DNA of 64,000 nucleotides from an uncultured Gemmatimonadales bacterium (GTDB lineage: Bacteria > Gemmatimonadota > Gemmatimonadetes > Gemmatimonadales > GWC2-71-9), in NCBI GenBank assembly GCA_963728915.1, contig CAVSLV010000001.1, positions 960,001-1,024,000 of the forward strand, read 5' to 3'. Made by a program: the position numbers and the translations under genes. Position 1 is the first letter of the stretch. Each line of letters opens with the position of its first letter. This document shows positions 9,251-19,671 of this stretch, piece by piece. A model generated the notes under the pieces. The model worked only from the letters and a program-made list of their open reading frames with translations. It did not search any database and was not told the DNA's origin.

Positions 9251-11343
9251 CGATGACTCGACGACTTTCCCGTCTCGCGCTCCTGGTCGCCGGGGCGGCG
9301 CTTCCCACCAGCGGCCTGGCTGCCCAGGCGTATCCCAAGACCCCGCCGCCACCGGGTCCGCTCACCCCGATCGCGTTTCCGCCGTTCCACGAGGACGTGC
9401 TTCCCAACGGGGTGCGCCTGCTCGTGGTGGAGAGTCATAAGCAGCCGATCGTCTCGCTCTCTCTGAATTTCCCGGCAGGCTCAGCGTTCGACCCGTCCGG
9501 CAAGGAAGGACTGGCGGACATGGTCGCCGGCCTTCTCACCAAGGGCGCCGGCGATCGCACCGCGGAGCAGGTAGCGGAGGCCATCGAGGGGACGGGCGGG
9601 ACGCTGCAGAGCTCCGCCGGGTCGGATTTTCTCTCGATCAATTCGACCGTGCTCACCGCGAGCTTGCCACTGGCGTTCGAGCTGATCGGGGACGTGGTGA
9701 AGCGCCCCGCCTTCGCCGAGAAGGAACTGGAGCTGCTCAGGACCCAGACCTTGTCGGGCCTCCAGGTCGAACTGAGTCAACCCACCTCGATCGCCGACCG
9801 CCAGTTCAGGGCGATTCTCTACGGTTCGCATCCGTATGCGCGCAGCACCACCGCCGGCTCGGTGCGGGCCATCACCCGGGAGGACCTCCTCGCATTCCAG
9901 CGGGAACGGCTCCGGCCGACCGGGGCCCTTCTGGTCATCGCCGGCGCGGTGAGCCCCACTGAGGCCCGCCGACTGGCCGTCGCGGCGTTCCAGGGATGGT
10001 CGGGCGGGTCCGCGGCGCCCGGAGCGGCGTCCGCTCTTCCCGACCGGGGCAAGACCGAGATAACGCTGGTCCACCGACCAGGATCGGTGCAGTCGAACAT
10101 TCTCGCCGGGAATCTGACCTTCCTTCCCAACGATCCCCGGTTCTACCCGGCCGAAGCGATGAATCAGGTGCTCGGCGGAGGCGCCTCCAGCCGGCTGTTC
10201 CTCGTGCTCCGGGAAGCAAAGAGCTGGACCTACGGAGCCTACTCGGATTACGTGCGACGCAAAGGGACCGGCTATTTCGTCGCGAATACCGAGGTGCGCA
10301 CCGAAGTGACCGACTCGGCGCTGCGCGAGCTGCTCCACCAGATCGACCGGATTCGAACCGAACCGATCCCCACATCGGAGCTGGAAGCCGCCAAGGGAGC
10401 GCTGGTGGGGCGCTATCCCCTCACCATCGAGACCGCCGATCAGGTGGCCAGTGCGGTCGCCTCGGCACAGCTCTACGGACTTCCATCGGACTTCGTCCAG
10501 ACCTATCGGGTCAAGCTTGGCGCGGTGTCGGCCCAGCAGGCTCAGGCGGCGGCGCAATCCACCATTCATCCTGATCGTTTTGTCATCGTCGTGGTGGGAG
10601 ATGGCACCAAGATCTACGAAAAGCTCAAGACCATTGCGCCCACCACCATCGTGGATCCCGAAGGCAAGCCCCTCACTCCGGAGGATCTGACCCCGCGCGC
10701 CTCGGCCCTCGATCTGGACATGTCCGCATTGGTTGCGCGACGGGACAGTTTCACCGTTCGGTTCCAGGGGAACCCGATCGGATGGCAGACCAGCACCCTG
10801 GAGCCCACCCCGACCGGCTTCCGGTATATGGAGCGGGTCGAGCTTGGCGGGTTCGTCAGTCAGACGACGACCCTGGACCTGGACAAGTCGGGGGGGATGC
10901 GAGCGGTCCAGCAGACCGGAAAGACGCAGGGTCAGGATGTCGCGGTCGACGTGAAGTACGAAAACGGCCGGGCGGTCGGAACGGCGAAGACCCCCGACCC
11001 GGCAACCCGTCAGGTCAAGTCGGTGACGATCGATACCGCAATCACTCCGGGGACGCTCGACGACAATGCCATCCAGGCGCTGGTCCCGGCCTTTCCCTGG
11101 TCGCCGTCGGCCAAGTGGACCTTCAACGTGATGAGCGCCGGGCAGGCCGAGATCAAGACGTGGTCCATGGCGGTGACCGGCACCGATTCGGTCATGGTCG
11201 GCGACAAGCCGGTCGAGGCCTATCGTGCCGAGCTCACCGGCGGCCAGAGTCCACTGACGCTGTGGGTGGCCACCGCCAGCCCCCACCTCTTGCTCAAGAT
11301 CGGCATCGCCGGCCAGCCGGTGGAATTCGTCCGGGTTCCCTAA
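9247..11343 (+). CDS. M16 family non-catalytic subunit with extra C-terminal beta domain
   Basis: M16 fold motifs (LPNG, HPY, SSRLF..LRE..SWTY) but no HxxEH; about 220 aa beta-rich extension; GTGA overlap. Confidence 0.88.
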   Translation: MTMTRRLSRLALLVAGAALPTSGLAAQAYPKTPPPPGPLTPIAFPPFHEDVLPNGVRLLVVESHKQPIVSLSLNFPAGSAFDPSGKEGLADMVAGLLTKGAGDRTAEQVAEAIEGTGGTLQSSAGSDFLSINSTVLTASLPLAFELIGDVVKRPAFAEKELELLRTQTLSGLQVELSQPTSIADRQFRAILYGSHPYARSTTAGSVRAITREDLLAFQRERLRPTGALLVIAGAVSPTEARRLAVAAFQGWSGGSAAPGAASALPDRGKTEITLVHRPGSVQSNILAGNLTFLPNDPRFYPAEAMNQVLGGGASSRLFLVLREAKSWTYGAYSDYVRRKGTGYFVANTEVRTEVTDSALRELLHQIDRIRTEPIPTSELEAAKGALVGRYPLTIETADQVASAVASAQLYGLPSDFVQTYRVKLGAVSAQQAQAAAQSTIHPDRFVIVVVGDGTKIYEKLKTIAPTTIVDPEGKPLTPEDLTPRASALDLDMSALVARRDSFTVRFQGNPIGWQTSTLEPTPTGFRYMERVELGGFVSQTTTLDLDKSGGMRAVQQTGKTQGQDVAVDVKYENGRAVGTAKTPDPATRQVKSVTIDTAITPGTLDDNAIQALVPAFPWSPSAKWTFNVMSAGQAEIKTWSMAVTGTDSVMVGDKPVEAYRAELTGGQSPLTLWVATASPHLLLKIGIAGQPVEFVRVP

Positions 11344-11364
11344 TCCCATCAGGAGTCGTCATCG

Positions 11365-12795
11365 ATGAACCGATTCTTCCTTCTCCTGGCGGCCACCGGC
11401 TGCGCGTCGGCGAGCGCCGCCACCCCGGCAGGCCAGGCGCCGGCTCCGACCCCGGCGCCGCCTCCCTCGATGCCCGTCGCGGCGGTCTCGACCGATACCT
11501 TCAATTTCGAGCGGCCGCAGTACCCCTCGACCTATCACCGGAGGCCTAACCCGCCGGTCCTGATCCGGAACGCCACCATCCTCACCGCCACCGGCCAGGA
11601 GCTGCGCAACAGCTCGATCCTGTTCCAGGACGGCAGGATCACCGCGATCGGAGCCTCGCTCGATGCCCCGGCGGGCGCGATCACCGTCGACGGCACCGGG
11701 AAGTTCGTGACCCCGGGCATCATCGACACCCACAGCCATCTTGGGGTGTACGCCGCGCCGGGAACCCAGGCGGAGAGCGACGGGAACGAGGCGACCAACC
11801 CGGTCACCGCGGAGGTGTGGGCGGAGCATTCCATCTGGCCTCAGGACCCGCAGATTCCACTCGCGATCGCGGGCGGGGTGACGGTGATGCAGGTCCTTCC
11901 CGGATCCGCCAACCTGATCGGCGGACGGTCGGCCATCGTCCGCCTGGTTCCGGCGCGCACGGTGCAGGAGATGAAGTTCCCGGGCGCTCCCTACGGGCTC
12001 AAGATGGCCTGCGGAGAAAACCCCAAGCGGGTCTACCAGAATCGGGGTCCTTCCACCCGCATGGGAAACATGGCGGGCTACCGCGCCGCGTTCATTCAGG
12101 CGGCGGACTACCGGCGACGATGGGATAACTGGCTCAAGGATCGGAAGGGTGATCCTCCGGCGCGGGACCTCAAGCTGGAATCTCTCGCGGGCGTGCTCCG
12201 GGGGGACATTCTGGTTCAGAATCACTGCTACCGCGCCGACGAAATGGCACAGATGCTCGACCTGGGCAAGGAGTTCGGCTTCAAGATCCGATCGTTCCAT
12301 CACGCCATCGAGGGATACAAGATCGCCGACCTGCTGGCTGCCGCCGGCACCGCCGCCTCGGTCTGGTCGGACTGGGGTGGCTTCAAGATGGAAGCCTTCG
12401 ACGAGATTCTGGAAAACGCGGCGCTGATTACCCAGGCCGGCGCCAGGGCGGTGATTCATACCGACAGCCCGGACGGCATCCAGCGCATGAATCAGGACAT
12501 GGCCAAGGCATTCTACGCCGGGCTCCGCGCCGGGATCCCCTTGACCCGTGATCAGGCCATCCGCTGGGTCACCGCGAACCCGGCGTGGGTGATCGGCATC
12601 GACGACAAGACCGGCACCCTCGAACCCGGCAAGATGGCCGACGTGGTGCTCTGGTCGGGCGATCCGTTCTCGGTGTATACCAGGGCGGAAAAGGTCTGGA
12701 ACGAGGGATGGCTCGCGTTCGACCGGCTGGATCCGAAACATCAGTACGCCACCGACTTCAACATCGGGCAGACCGCCCCGGGGATGGGACGATGA
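11365..12795 (+). CDS. amidohydrolase family lipoprotein
   Basis: TPGIIDTHSH (HxH), LKMACGEN, NHCY, FHHA, HTD, GTLEPGKMADVVLW. Confidence 0.92.
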   Translation: MNRFFLLLAATGCASASAATPAGQAPAPTPAPPPSMPVAAVSTDTFNFERPQYPSTYHRRPNPPVLIRNATILTATGQELRNSSILFQDGRITAIGASLDAPAGAITVDGTGKFVTPGIIDTHSHLGVYAAPGTQAESDGNEATNPVTAEVWAEHSIWPQDPQIPLAIAGGVTVMQVLPGSANLIGGRSAIVRLVPARTVQEMKFPGAPYGLKMACGENPKRVYQNRGPSTRMGNMAGYRAAFIQAADYRRRWDNWLKDRKGDPPARDLKLESLAGVLRGDILVQNHCYRADEMAQMLDLGKEFGFKIRSFHHAIEGYKIADLLAAAGTAASVWSDWGGFKMEAFDEILENAALITQAGARAVIHTDSPDGIQRMNQDMAKAFYAGLRAGIPLTRDQAIRWVTANPAWVIGIDDKTGTLEPGKMADVVLWSGDPFSVYTRAEKVWNEGWLAFDRLDPKHQYATDFNIGQTAPGMGR

Positions 12796-14048
12796 ATACC
12801 CGAATGCTCGCGGGACTCGCTACGCTGGCTGCTCCTTCCCGCCTCGTTGCCGGGTCAGAGTCAGGCCATCGCCATCACCGGCGGAACGGTCTATCCGGTC
12901 TCCGGACCGCGGATTCCCAATGGGACCGTCCTCATTCGTGATGGGCGGATCGTCGCCGTGGGCGCGAACGTCGCCGTCCCCGGCAATGCCACTCGCATCG
13001 ACGCCACCGGGAAGTGGATCACCCCCGGGCTCTTCCATGCCAACGCCAACGCGGGATTCGGGAGTCGCGGGGCTCAACGGGTTCGGGGAAGGTCGGGTGG
13101 AGGGAGAGATCAACCCTTCCTTCAATCCGGCAGAAGGCATCGATCCCGCCGCGTTCACGATTCCCATCGCCCGAACCGGTGGGGTCACCGGCGCGCTGCT
13201 CGACGCCCGGGCGGAGGGCTTTTTCCCGGTCAGGCGGTCGCGGTGGATTTCCTGGGCGATCGGATCGAGGACCTGATCGTCCAGCCGGAATGCCGCGGTG
13301 GTTCTCGATCTGACCGGCGGAAGCAAGGACGCAGGCGGTGGGAGTCGCGCCGGCGTGCTCGCCCGGGTCAGAAGGCTCTTCGACGACGCGGTCGAGTACT
13401 CCAAGCGCAAGAACGAATTCCAGAAGGGCCAGATCGAGGAGCTCGCCGCCCCGGCTCGGGAGCTGGAGGCCCTGCTGCCGGTGGTTCGAGGTGAGGGGAG
13501 AATCGCCATCGCGGCGAATCGCAAGATGGACATCGAGAACGCGCTCCGGCTCGTCAAGGAATACCAGCTTGCACGCGGTCCTGTTCGGGGTGCTCGAAGG
13601 ATGGCAAGCCGCCAAGGACATCGCTGCCGCCAAGGTCCCGGTCATCGTCGAGCCCCTGAGCGACATTCCGAGCTTCGACGGGCTGGGGGCCCGGCTGGAC
13701 AACGCCACCCTGCTCCGCGAGGCGGGCGCGGAGGTGATCATCGCCCAGGGAGATCCGGGCGGCGAACGGAACCTTCGCTACGCCGCGGGGAACGCCGTCC
13801 GCAACGGAATGAGCTGGGACGATGCGCTGCGGGCGGTCACCGCCGCGCCCACCGCGGCGTTCGGGCTCACCGACCGGGGAACCCTGGAGCCTGGCAAGGT
13901 CGCGAATCTCGTGATCTGGTCCGGTGACCCGCTGGATTTCGCCAGCGCCGCCGAGCACGTCTACGTCCGGGGTGAGGAAGTCTCGCTGAAGACCCGGGAA
14001 ACCGAGCTGCGCGACAAGTACCGCACCGTGCCGCCCAAGGTCCCGTGA
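12792..14048 (+). pseudogene. amidohydrolase family protein broken by about 5 frameshifts (pseudogene or assembly error)
   Basis: Homologous segments are spread over three frames: AITGGTVYPV..TPGLF, GVTGALL, GQAVAVD, GGSRAG..AANRKMDI, GTLEPGKVANLVIWSGDP. Confidence 0.8.
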
Positions 14049-14070
14049 TCCGGAGAAGGAGCCTCGCCGT

Positions 14071-16193
14071 ATGAAGACCACCCGCATGGGGTGCATCGCG
14101 CCAACCGGGCTGATGCTGCTGATCGCCGCGCTTGGCCCCACCATTATTCGCGCCCAGGGCTCCGGTCCCGGCGGTTCCGGATTCGTCAAGGAATTCGGGA
14201 CCATGTGGACGTTCGACGCGCCTCCTTTGGCCTACTGGAAGTCCCAGTATGGCTTTGAGCCGACCGCTGCCTGGCTGGAGAATGTTCGCCTGTCGGCGGT
14301 CCGCATTCCGGGATGCTCGGCATCGATCGTGTCGAACCGAGGCCTGGTCATGACCAATCACCACTGCGCCCGCTCCTGCATCACCGCGGTATCCCCGCCA
14401 GACAGCAACTTCCAGGCGATTGGATTCGTCGCGCGGGACGAGGCGTCCGAGCGGCCTTGCCGTGGAATGACCGCCGACCAGCTCCAGTCGATCACCGATG
14501 TGACCAGCCAGGTGACCGCCGCGATGAAGGCTTCGATCGAGGCACGCCGCATCGCCCAGCGCGACTCGGCGGCCTCCGCGATCGAGGACGCCTGTTCCCG
14601 CGAGATGCAGGGACAGGGAATCTGCCAGGTCGTCGCCTTCTATCAGGGCGGGCGGTACTCGCTCTACAAGTACCACCGCTTCACCGATCTGCGGCTGGTG
14701 ATGGCGCCGGAGGAAGAGGTCAGTTTCTACGGCGGGGACCCCGACAACTTCACCTTTCCGCGATACGACCTGGACTTGACGCTGCTCCGGATCTATGAGA
14801 ACGGCGCCCCGCTTCGCCCGGCCAATTATCTCCGGTGGAGCGAGGCCGGCGCGAAGGAAAACGAGCTGGTCTTCGTGGTCGGCAATCCGGGCTCGACCGG
14901 TCGCCTGCTGACCATGGCGCAGATGGCCTACCTGCGAGACGTCACCTATCCCGGCTCAGCTGGAGACCCTCGCTGAACTGATCGCCGTCTACAAGCAGCT
15001 GGCCGCGCGCAACGAGGAATCGCGGCGGCAATACGAGAATACCGTGTTCTCGGCGGAGAACAGCCAGAAGGCGTTTCGCGGATACCGAAGCGGCCTGGTG
15101 GATTCCTCGATCATGGCCCGCAAGGCCGCCTTCGAGCGGGATTTTCGCGCCCGGGTCGCCGGGCAGACGTCGCTCAGAACCAGGTACGGGGCCGCATGGG
15201 ATAACATCGCGCGGGCCCAGGCCGAGCTTGCGTCATTCGCGAAGGAAGCCCGGTTCGAAGGCTTCAGCGGAGGCAGCCTGTTGAATTTCGCCGGGGCGCT
15301 GGTGCGTCTTCCCGAGCAGGCCAGGCTGCCGGACTCGCTCCGGCTTCCCCCCTATCGCGGCGATGGCCTCGACCGCATTCGCGCCGCGCTGCTTCAGCCT
15401 CAGCCTATCGACACCGCGGCGGAACGCATGCTGCTCGCCGCCCAGCTCCGGATGGCGCAGCGGAATCTTCCACCCAACGATCCATTTCTTCGCGCCGTCC
15501 TCGCGGGGCGAACCCCCGAGGCCGCGGCAGCCGCCCTGGTCGGTGGAACCAGACTGGCTTCGGCCGAGTCGCGGAAAGACCCTGGTGGAAGGAGGCGCCG
15601 GCGCGGTCGCCAGCTCGACCGATCCGATGATCGTTGCCGCGCGGGCCATCGAGCCCCTCGCCACCCGCGCCGCCAACCGCGCCGCCCAGCTCAACAGCAC
15701 CATCTCCGCGAACGCGGCGCTGATCGGCGAGGCCATCTTCGCGGCCTACGGCACATCCCTCCCGCCCGACGCGACCTTCACGCTCCGAATCAGCGATGGG
15801 GTGGTCAAGGGATACCCGATGAATGGGACAATCGCCCCGTACAAGACCAGTTTCTACGGTCTGTTCGCGCGGTCGACCGAATTCGACGACCAGACACCCT
15901 TCCATCTGGTGGAGCGGTGGAAGTCGGCACTGGGGAGGCTGGACCTCGCCACCCCGATGGATTTCGTCTCGACCAACGATATCATCGGCGGGAATTCGGG
16001 AAGTCCGGTCATCAACCGGAATGCCGAAGTCGTGGGCCTGATCTTCGACGGGAACATCGAGTCGCTGCCGAACCGCTTCATCTTCACCGATGAAGTGGCA
16101 CGCTCGGTGAGCGTGCACAGCCGCGCCATCGTCGAGGCCCTCCGCAAGGTGTACGGCGCGCAGCGGATCGCCGACGAGCTGACGGCACGATGA
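14071..16193 (+). pseudogene. S46 family dipeptidyl peptidase (DPP7-like) with 2 frameshifts (about 14955 and 15575)
   Basis: [52 protein letters not shown] and FDGN occur in three successive frames. Confidence 0.85.
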
Positions 16194-18445
16194 AGCGGAG
16201 CACACTTGCGGTCCTGATCACCGTCCTCGCCCCGGCGGGTTCGCTTCGGGCGCAGGGGACGGATCCGGGGACGCTGACAGTCGAACGGATTTTCTCGAGG
16301 GAATTCTCGCCCGACTTCTTCGGGCCGACCCGGTGGCTCAACGACAGCAGCTACACCACCCTCGAGCGTTCCGCCTCGGGCAGGGGCACCGACCTGGTCA
16401 GCATCGATGCCGCAACCGGCCGCCGCAGCGTGCTGGTGGCCTCCTCCGCACTCCGCCCGGCGGGGCAATCGGAGCCGCTCGACGTGGAGGACTACGAATG
16501 GTCTCCCGACCACCAGCGGCTCCTCATTTTCACCAACTCCGAGCGGGTCTGGCGGGCCAACACCCGCGGTGATTTCTGGGTCCTGACCCTTGCGACTGGC
16601 ACCCTGCACAAGCTCGGCGGGCCCGCCGCCAAACCCTCGACGCTCCAGTTCGCGAAGTTCTCGCCCGATGGCGGCCGGGTTGCCTACGTCCGGGAGCACA
16701 ACCTCTATGTCGAGTCACTGAGCGACGACGGGAAGATTACCGCCCTCACATCGGACGGCTCGACGACCACCATCAACGGGACGTTCGACTGGGTGTACGA
16801 AGAAGAGCTCGGGATGCGGGACGGGTTCCGCTGGAGTCCGGACGGCGCCCACATCGCCTACTGGCAGCTCGACGCCTCAGGGGTCCGGGATTTCCTCCTG
16901 ATCAACGATACCGATTCCCTGTACTCGTTCGTCAAACCGATCCAGTATCCCAAAGCGGGAACCACGAATTCCGCCGCCCGAATCGGAGTGGTGTCCGCGA
17001 CCGGCGGCGCAACCACCTGGATGCAGGTGCCCGGCGATCCCCGAAACAACTACCTGGCGAGGATGGACTGGGCGGCCAACCCGACCGAGCTCGTCATTCA
17101 GCAGCTCAACCGGCGCCAGAACCAGAACACCTTCTGGGTCGCGACGGCCGCCACGGGGAAAGTCCGCACCCTGTTCGTCGAGAGCGACAGCGCCTGGATC
17201 GATATCTACGATGGGATGTCGTTCTGGGGCACCGGCCCCTCCCTGTACTGGCAGACCGACGGCTCCGCCTTCGTGTATCTCAGCGAGCGGGACGGCTGGC
17301 GCCACGCCTGGATGGTGTCGCGGGACGGCTCGATGCGTCTCATCACCCGGGGCGCCTTCGATGTCATGAACATCCGGCAGGTGGATACCCGGGGTGGGTG
17401 GCTCTACTACGACGCCTCCCCGGACAATGCCACCCGGATGTTCCTCTGGAGAACCCGGCTGGACGGATCGGGCACTCCGCAGCGCCTCACCCCGGCCGAC
17501 GCGCGGGGCCAGCACAGTTACGACATCGGGCCGGGCGCGCGTTGGGCGATTCACACCTGGTCTTCCTGGGGAACCCCGCCGGTCACCGATCTGGTCCGGC
17601 TGCCTTCGCACGCGGTGGTGCGGACCCTGGTGGACAATCACCGCCTGGCGTCGGCGATCACCGGGCTCACCCAGGGTCCGGTCGAATTTTCCAGGACCGA
17701 CATCGGCAACGGCGTCGCGCTCGATACCTGGATCATGAAGCCCGCGAACTTCGACTCCGCGAAGAAATATCCGATTCTGTTCTACGTCTACGGCGAGTCC
17801 GCCGATCAGACGGTGAAGGACCAGTACGGCGGCCGTCGCTGGCTCTGGCACCTGATGCTGACTCAGCAGGGCTACATCGTCGCCAGCGTGGACAACCGGG
17901 GAACACCCGGGCCCCGGGGAAGCGCCTGGCGCAAGGCCTCGCTCAACCAGAGCGGGGGACTCAGGGTCAGGGAACAGTCCGCGGCGACCCGGGTGATCGC
18001 GTCCCGGCCCTACGTCGATTCGACCCGCATCGGGGTCTGGGGCTGGAGCGGCGGCGGCTCGAGCACCCTGCTGCTCATGTTCCGGGCGCCGGAATTGTAC
18101 AAGATGGGCATGGCCGTGGCGCCGGTCGCCGACGTCCACAACTACGACACGATCTACCAGGAACGATACCTGGGACTGCCGGCCACGGACTCGGCGGCGT
18201 ACTACGACGCTTCGGCGGTGAATTTTGTGCGGGGATTACGAGGGGATCTTCTCGTCGTCCACGGTACCGGCGACGACAACGTGCATTACCAGGGGACCGA
18301 ACAACTGGTGAACGCCCTGGTCGCTGCGAACAAGCCCTTCACCATGATGGCGTATCCGAACCGGACCCACGGCATCTTCGAAGGTCCGGGAACCACGGTT
18401 CACCTGTTCAACCTGCTGACCCGGTTTCTGAAGGAGCATCTTTGA
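16190..18445 (+). CDS. S9B dipeptidyl-peptidase IV family protein, secreted
   Basis: [22 protein letters not shown] nucleophile, DDNVH, final H in RTHGI. Confidence 0.95.
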   Translation: MKRSTLAVLITVLAPAGSLRAQGTDPGTLTVERIFSREFSPDFFGPTRWLNDSSYTTLERSASGRGTDLVSIDAATGRRSVLVASSALRPAGQSEPLDVEDYEWSPDHQRLLIFTNSERVWRANTRGDFWVLTLATGTLHKLGGPAAKPSTLQFAKFSPDGGRVAYVREHNLYVESLSDDGKITALTSDGSTTTINGTFDWVYEEELGMRDGFRWSPDGAHIAYWQLDASGVRDFLLINDTDSLYSFVKPIQYPKAGTTNSAARIGVVSATGGATTWMQVPGDPRNNYLARMDWAANPTELVIQQLNRRQNQNTFWVATAATGKVRTLFVESDSAWIDIYDGMSFWGTGPSLYWQTDGSAFVYLSERDGWRHAWMVSRDGSMRLITRGAFDVMNIRQVDTRGGWLYYDASPDNATRMFLWRTRLDGSGTPQRLTPADARGQHSYDIGPGARWAIHTWSSWGTPPVTDLVRLPSHAVVRTLVDNHRLASAITGLTQGPVEFSRTDIGNGVALDTWIMKPANFDSAKKYPILFYVYGESADQTVKDQYGGRRWLWHLMLTQQGYIVASVDNRGTPGPRGSAWRKASLNQSGGLRVREQSAATRVIASRPYVDSTRIGVWGWSGGGSSTLLLMFRAPELYKMGMAVAPVADVHNYDTIYQERYLGLPATDSAAYYDASAVNFVRGLRGDLLVVHGTGDDNVHYQGTEQLVNALVAANKPFTMMAYPNRTHGIFEGPGTTVHLFNLLTRFLKEHL

Positions 18446-18773
18446 CCTCGGCGTCGGCCGGCTCGGTGGGGGGAGCCGGCTGCTCGCCGACGGTGACGTC
18501 CTCGTCGTGCATCGCATCGATGTCCCGATCGAGCTTGGCGAGCTTCTCGGTGATGTCATCCATCCTTGCAAACAGGGCGTCGATCTCGGCCTGATTCACT
18601 TCGCCCCCGCGCTCCCGTCGGTACACCAGCATGCCCAGCTTGTAGGCCACCCGGCTCCGAATGCCGATCAGCCGGCTTCGTTCCAGGTGCAGCTTGCTCG
18701 ATTCGAAGGCGGACCGAACCCGGTCACCGATCTGGTCCAGCTCGGCGTTCAGGCGATTGAAGATTCCGGACAT
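18408..18773 (-). CDS. hypothetical coiled-coil protein (121 aa)
   Basis: MSGIFNRLNAELDQIGDRV...; GAGG RBS; amphipathic helices; 38-nt convergent overlap with the DPP-IV gene. Confidence 0.7.
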   Translation of the reverse strand: MSGIFNRLNAELDQIGDRVRSAFESSKLHLERSRLIGIRSRVAYKLGMLVYRRERGGEVNQAEIDALFARMDDITEKLAKLDRDIDAMHDEDVTVGEQPAPPTEPADAEVKDAPSETGSAG

Positions 18774-18801
18774 TGTGCACCTCGCTGAGATATTCTGGAC
18801 T

Positions 18802-18828
18802 GACGGCCCGGCGTGCCCGGAGGTTTCA
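18802..18828 (-). promoter_or_regulatory. candidate ECF-type promoter
   Basis: Minus strand TGAAAC-N17-CGTC about 30 nt upstream of the ATG at 18773. Confidence 0.5.
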
Positions 18829-18831
18829 AGA

Positions 18832-18859
18832 TAGCGAGTAGCGAGTAAGGAGTGACGAC
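18832..18859 (+). repeat. short heptamer tandem repeat
   Basis: TAGCGAG TAGCGAG TAAGGAG TGACGAC. Confidence 0.5.
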
Positions 18860-18983
18860 CGACTATGATACTTGGAACAGAAACCGGGAGCAGGGCACGA
18901 GAAGGCCTGGGCAGCGGATCCGAGCCCACTGCTCAGGGCTGTCGGTAAGCTTCGGTGGCCTTCGGGCGTCGCTGTTAGGACGT

Positions 18984-19263
18984 CAGCATTCAGCCTCGAT
19001 GGGCTCGGTCGGGGGCCCGCTACGACAACGCGATGGCCGAACGCTCTTCGCCATCCTGGAATGCGAGCTGCTGGCTCGGCGACGCTTTCGCACCCAAGCT
19101 GAAGCGTGGATGGCCGTCTTTGATTGGATCGAGGCCTGGTATAACCCGCGCCGGTGCCCTTCGAGTCTGGGGAGACTCTCGCGGCTCCCTTATGACGCCG
19201 GCTGGCCGAGGCAGCATCTGCGGCCCAACGGTCCCCCATCCGCGAAACGGGGGTCACCCGACA
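18984..19263 (+). mobile_element. degenerate IS3-family remnant (integrase C-terminus and probable right end)
   Basis: SMGSVG / YDNAMAE / FAILECELLARRRFRTQAEAWMAVFDWIEAWYNPRR..SSLG across frameshifts, followed by CCATCCGCGAAACGGGGGTCACCCGACA ending in CA like an IS3 terminal repeat. Confidence 0.85.
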
Positions 19264-19317
19264 TGAGCGGTTTGCCATTCTCTGGGAGCGGTAGCACCTC
19301 GATAGAACAAGGCCTGG

Positions 19318-19671
19318 TCACGGCTTCGTTCTGGCTGACATCTGCACGGTAATCTGCACCACGCCGTCTCGTCCTTTCGCACCGAATGCTCTCTCCGCGT
19401 GGCCGGGCTTCACGAACGATAACGATTCGACCTTCACCACGGAGTCTTTCCCGGCTGAGCAAGGGCCCTTGGGCTTCGAGAGACGACCCGCCTCCCGTCC
19501 ATTGACAAGGAGCAATGGCCGGTATCCGTCCAGGACGGCCCGGTTGACGGCGGGTACTGTGAGTGCAACGCATCGGACGGTCGCAACGACATTCTTGGGA
19601 AGCTCCTGGGCAAGGCTGGCGGCCGTGAAGGCAATGAGCGCTGTTGGTGAAAGAACCAGAAGCCTCATCAT
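19318..19671 (-). CDS. secreted stand-alone TonB-dependent receptor plug-like protein
   Basis: Signal peptide ..ASLA|Q; PLLLVNG, VESLSFVK, A..FGAKGRDGVVQIT resemble the SusC plug motif; ATGA overlap with the propeller gene. Confidence 0.65.
   Translation of the reverse strand: MMRLLVLSPTALIAFTAASLAQELPKNVVATVRCVALTVPAVNRAVLDGYRPLLLVNGREAGRLSKPKGPCSAGKDSVVKVESLSFVKPGHAERAFGAKGRDGVVQITVQMSARTKP

Noticed and set aside
12792..16193. Programmed ribosomal frameshifting
   Set aside because: Too many shifts, in mixed directions, with no consistent slippery-site pattern.
18900..18980. Possible integron attC site (GTTAGG near 18974)
   Set aside because: No matching RYYYAAC inverse core or convincing palindrome, and no integrase.
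18852..19352. 166-aa ORF as a functional transposase
   Set aside because: Only the integrase C-terminal fragment is present and it is frameshifted; treated as an IS3 remnant.
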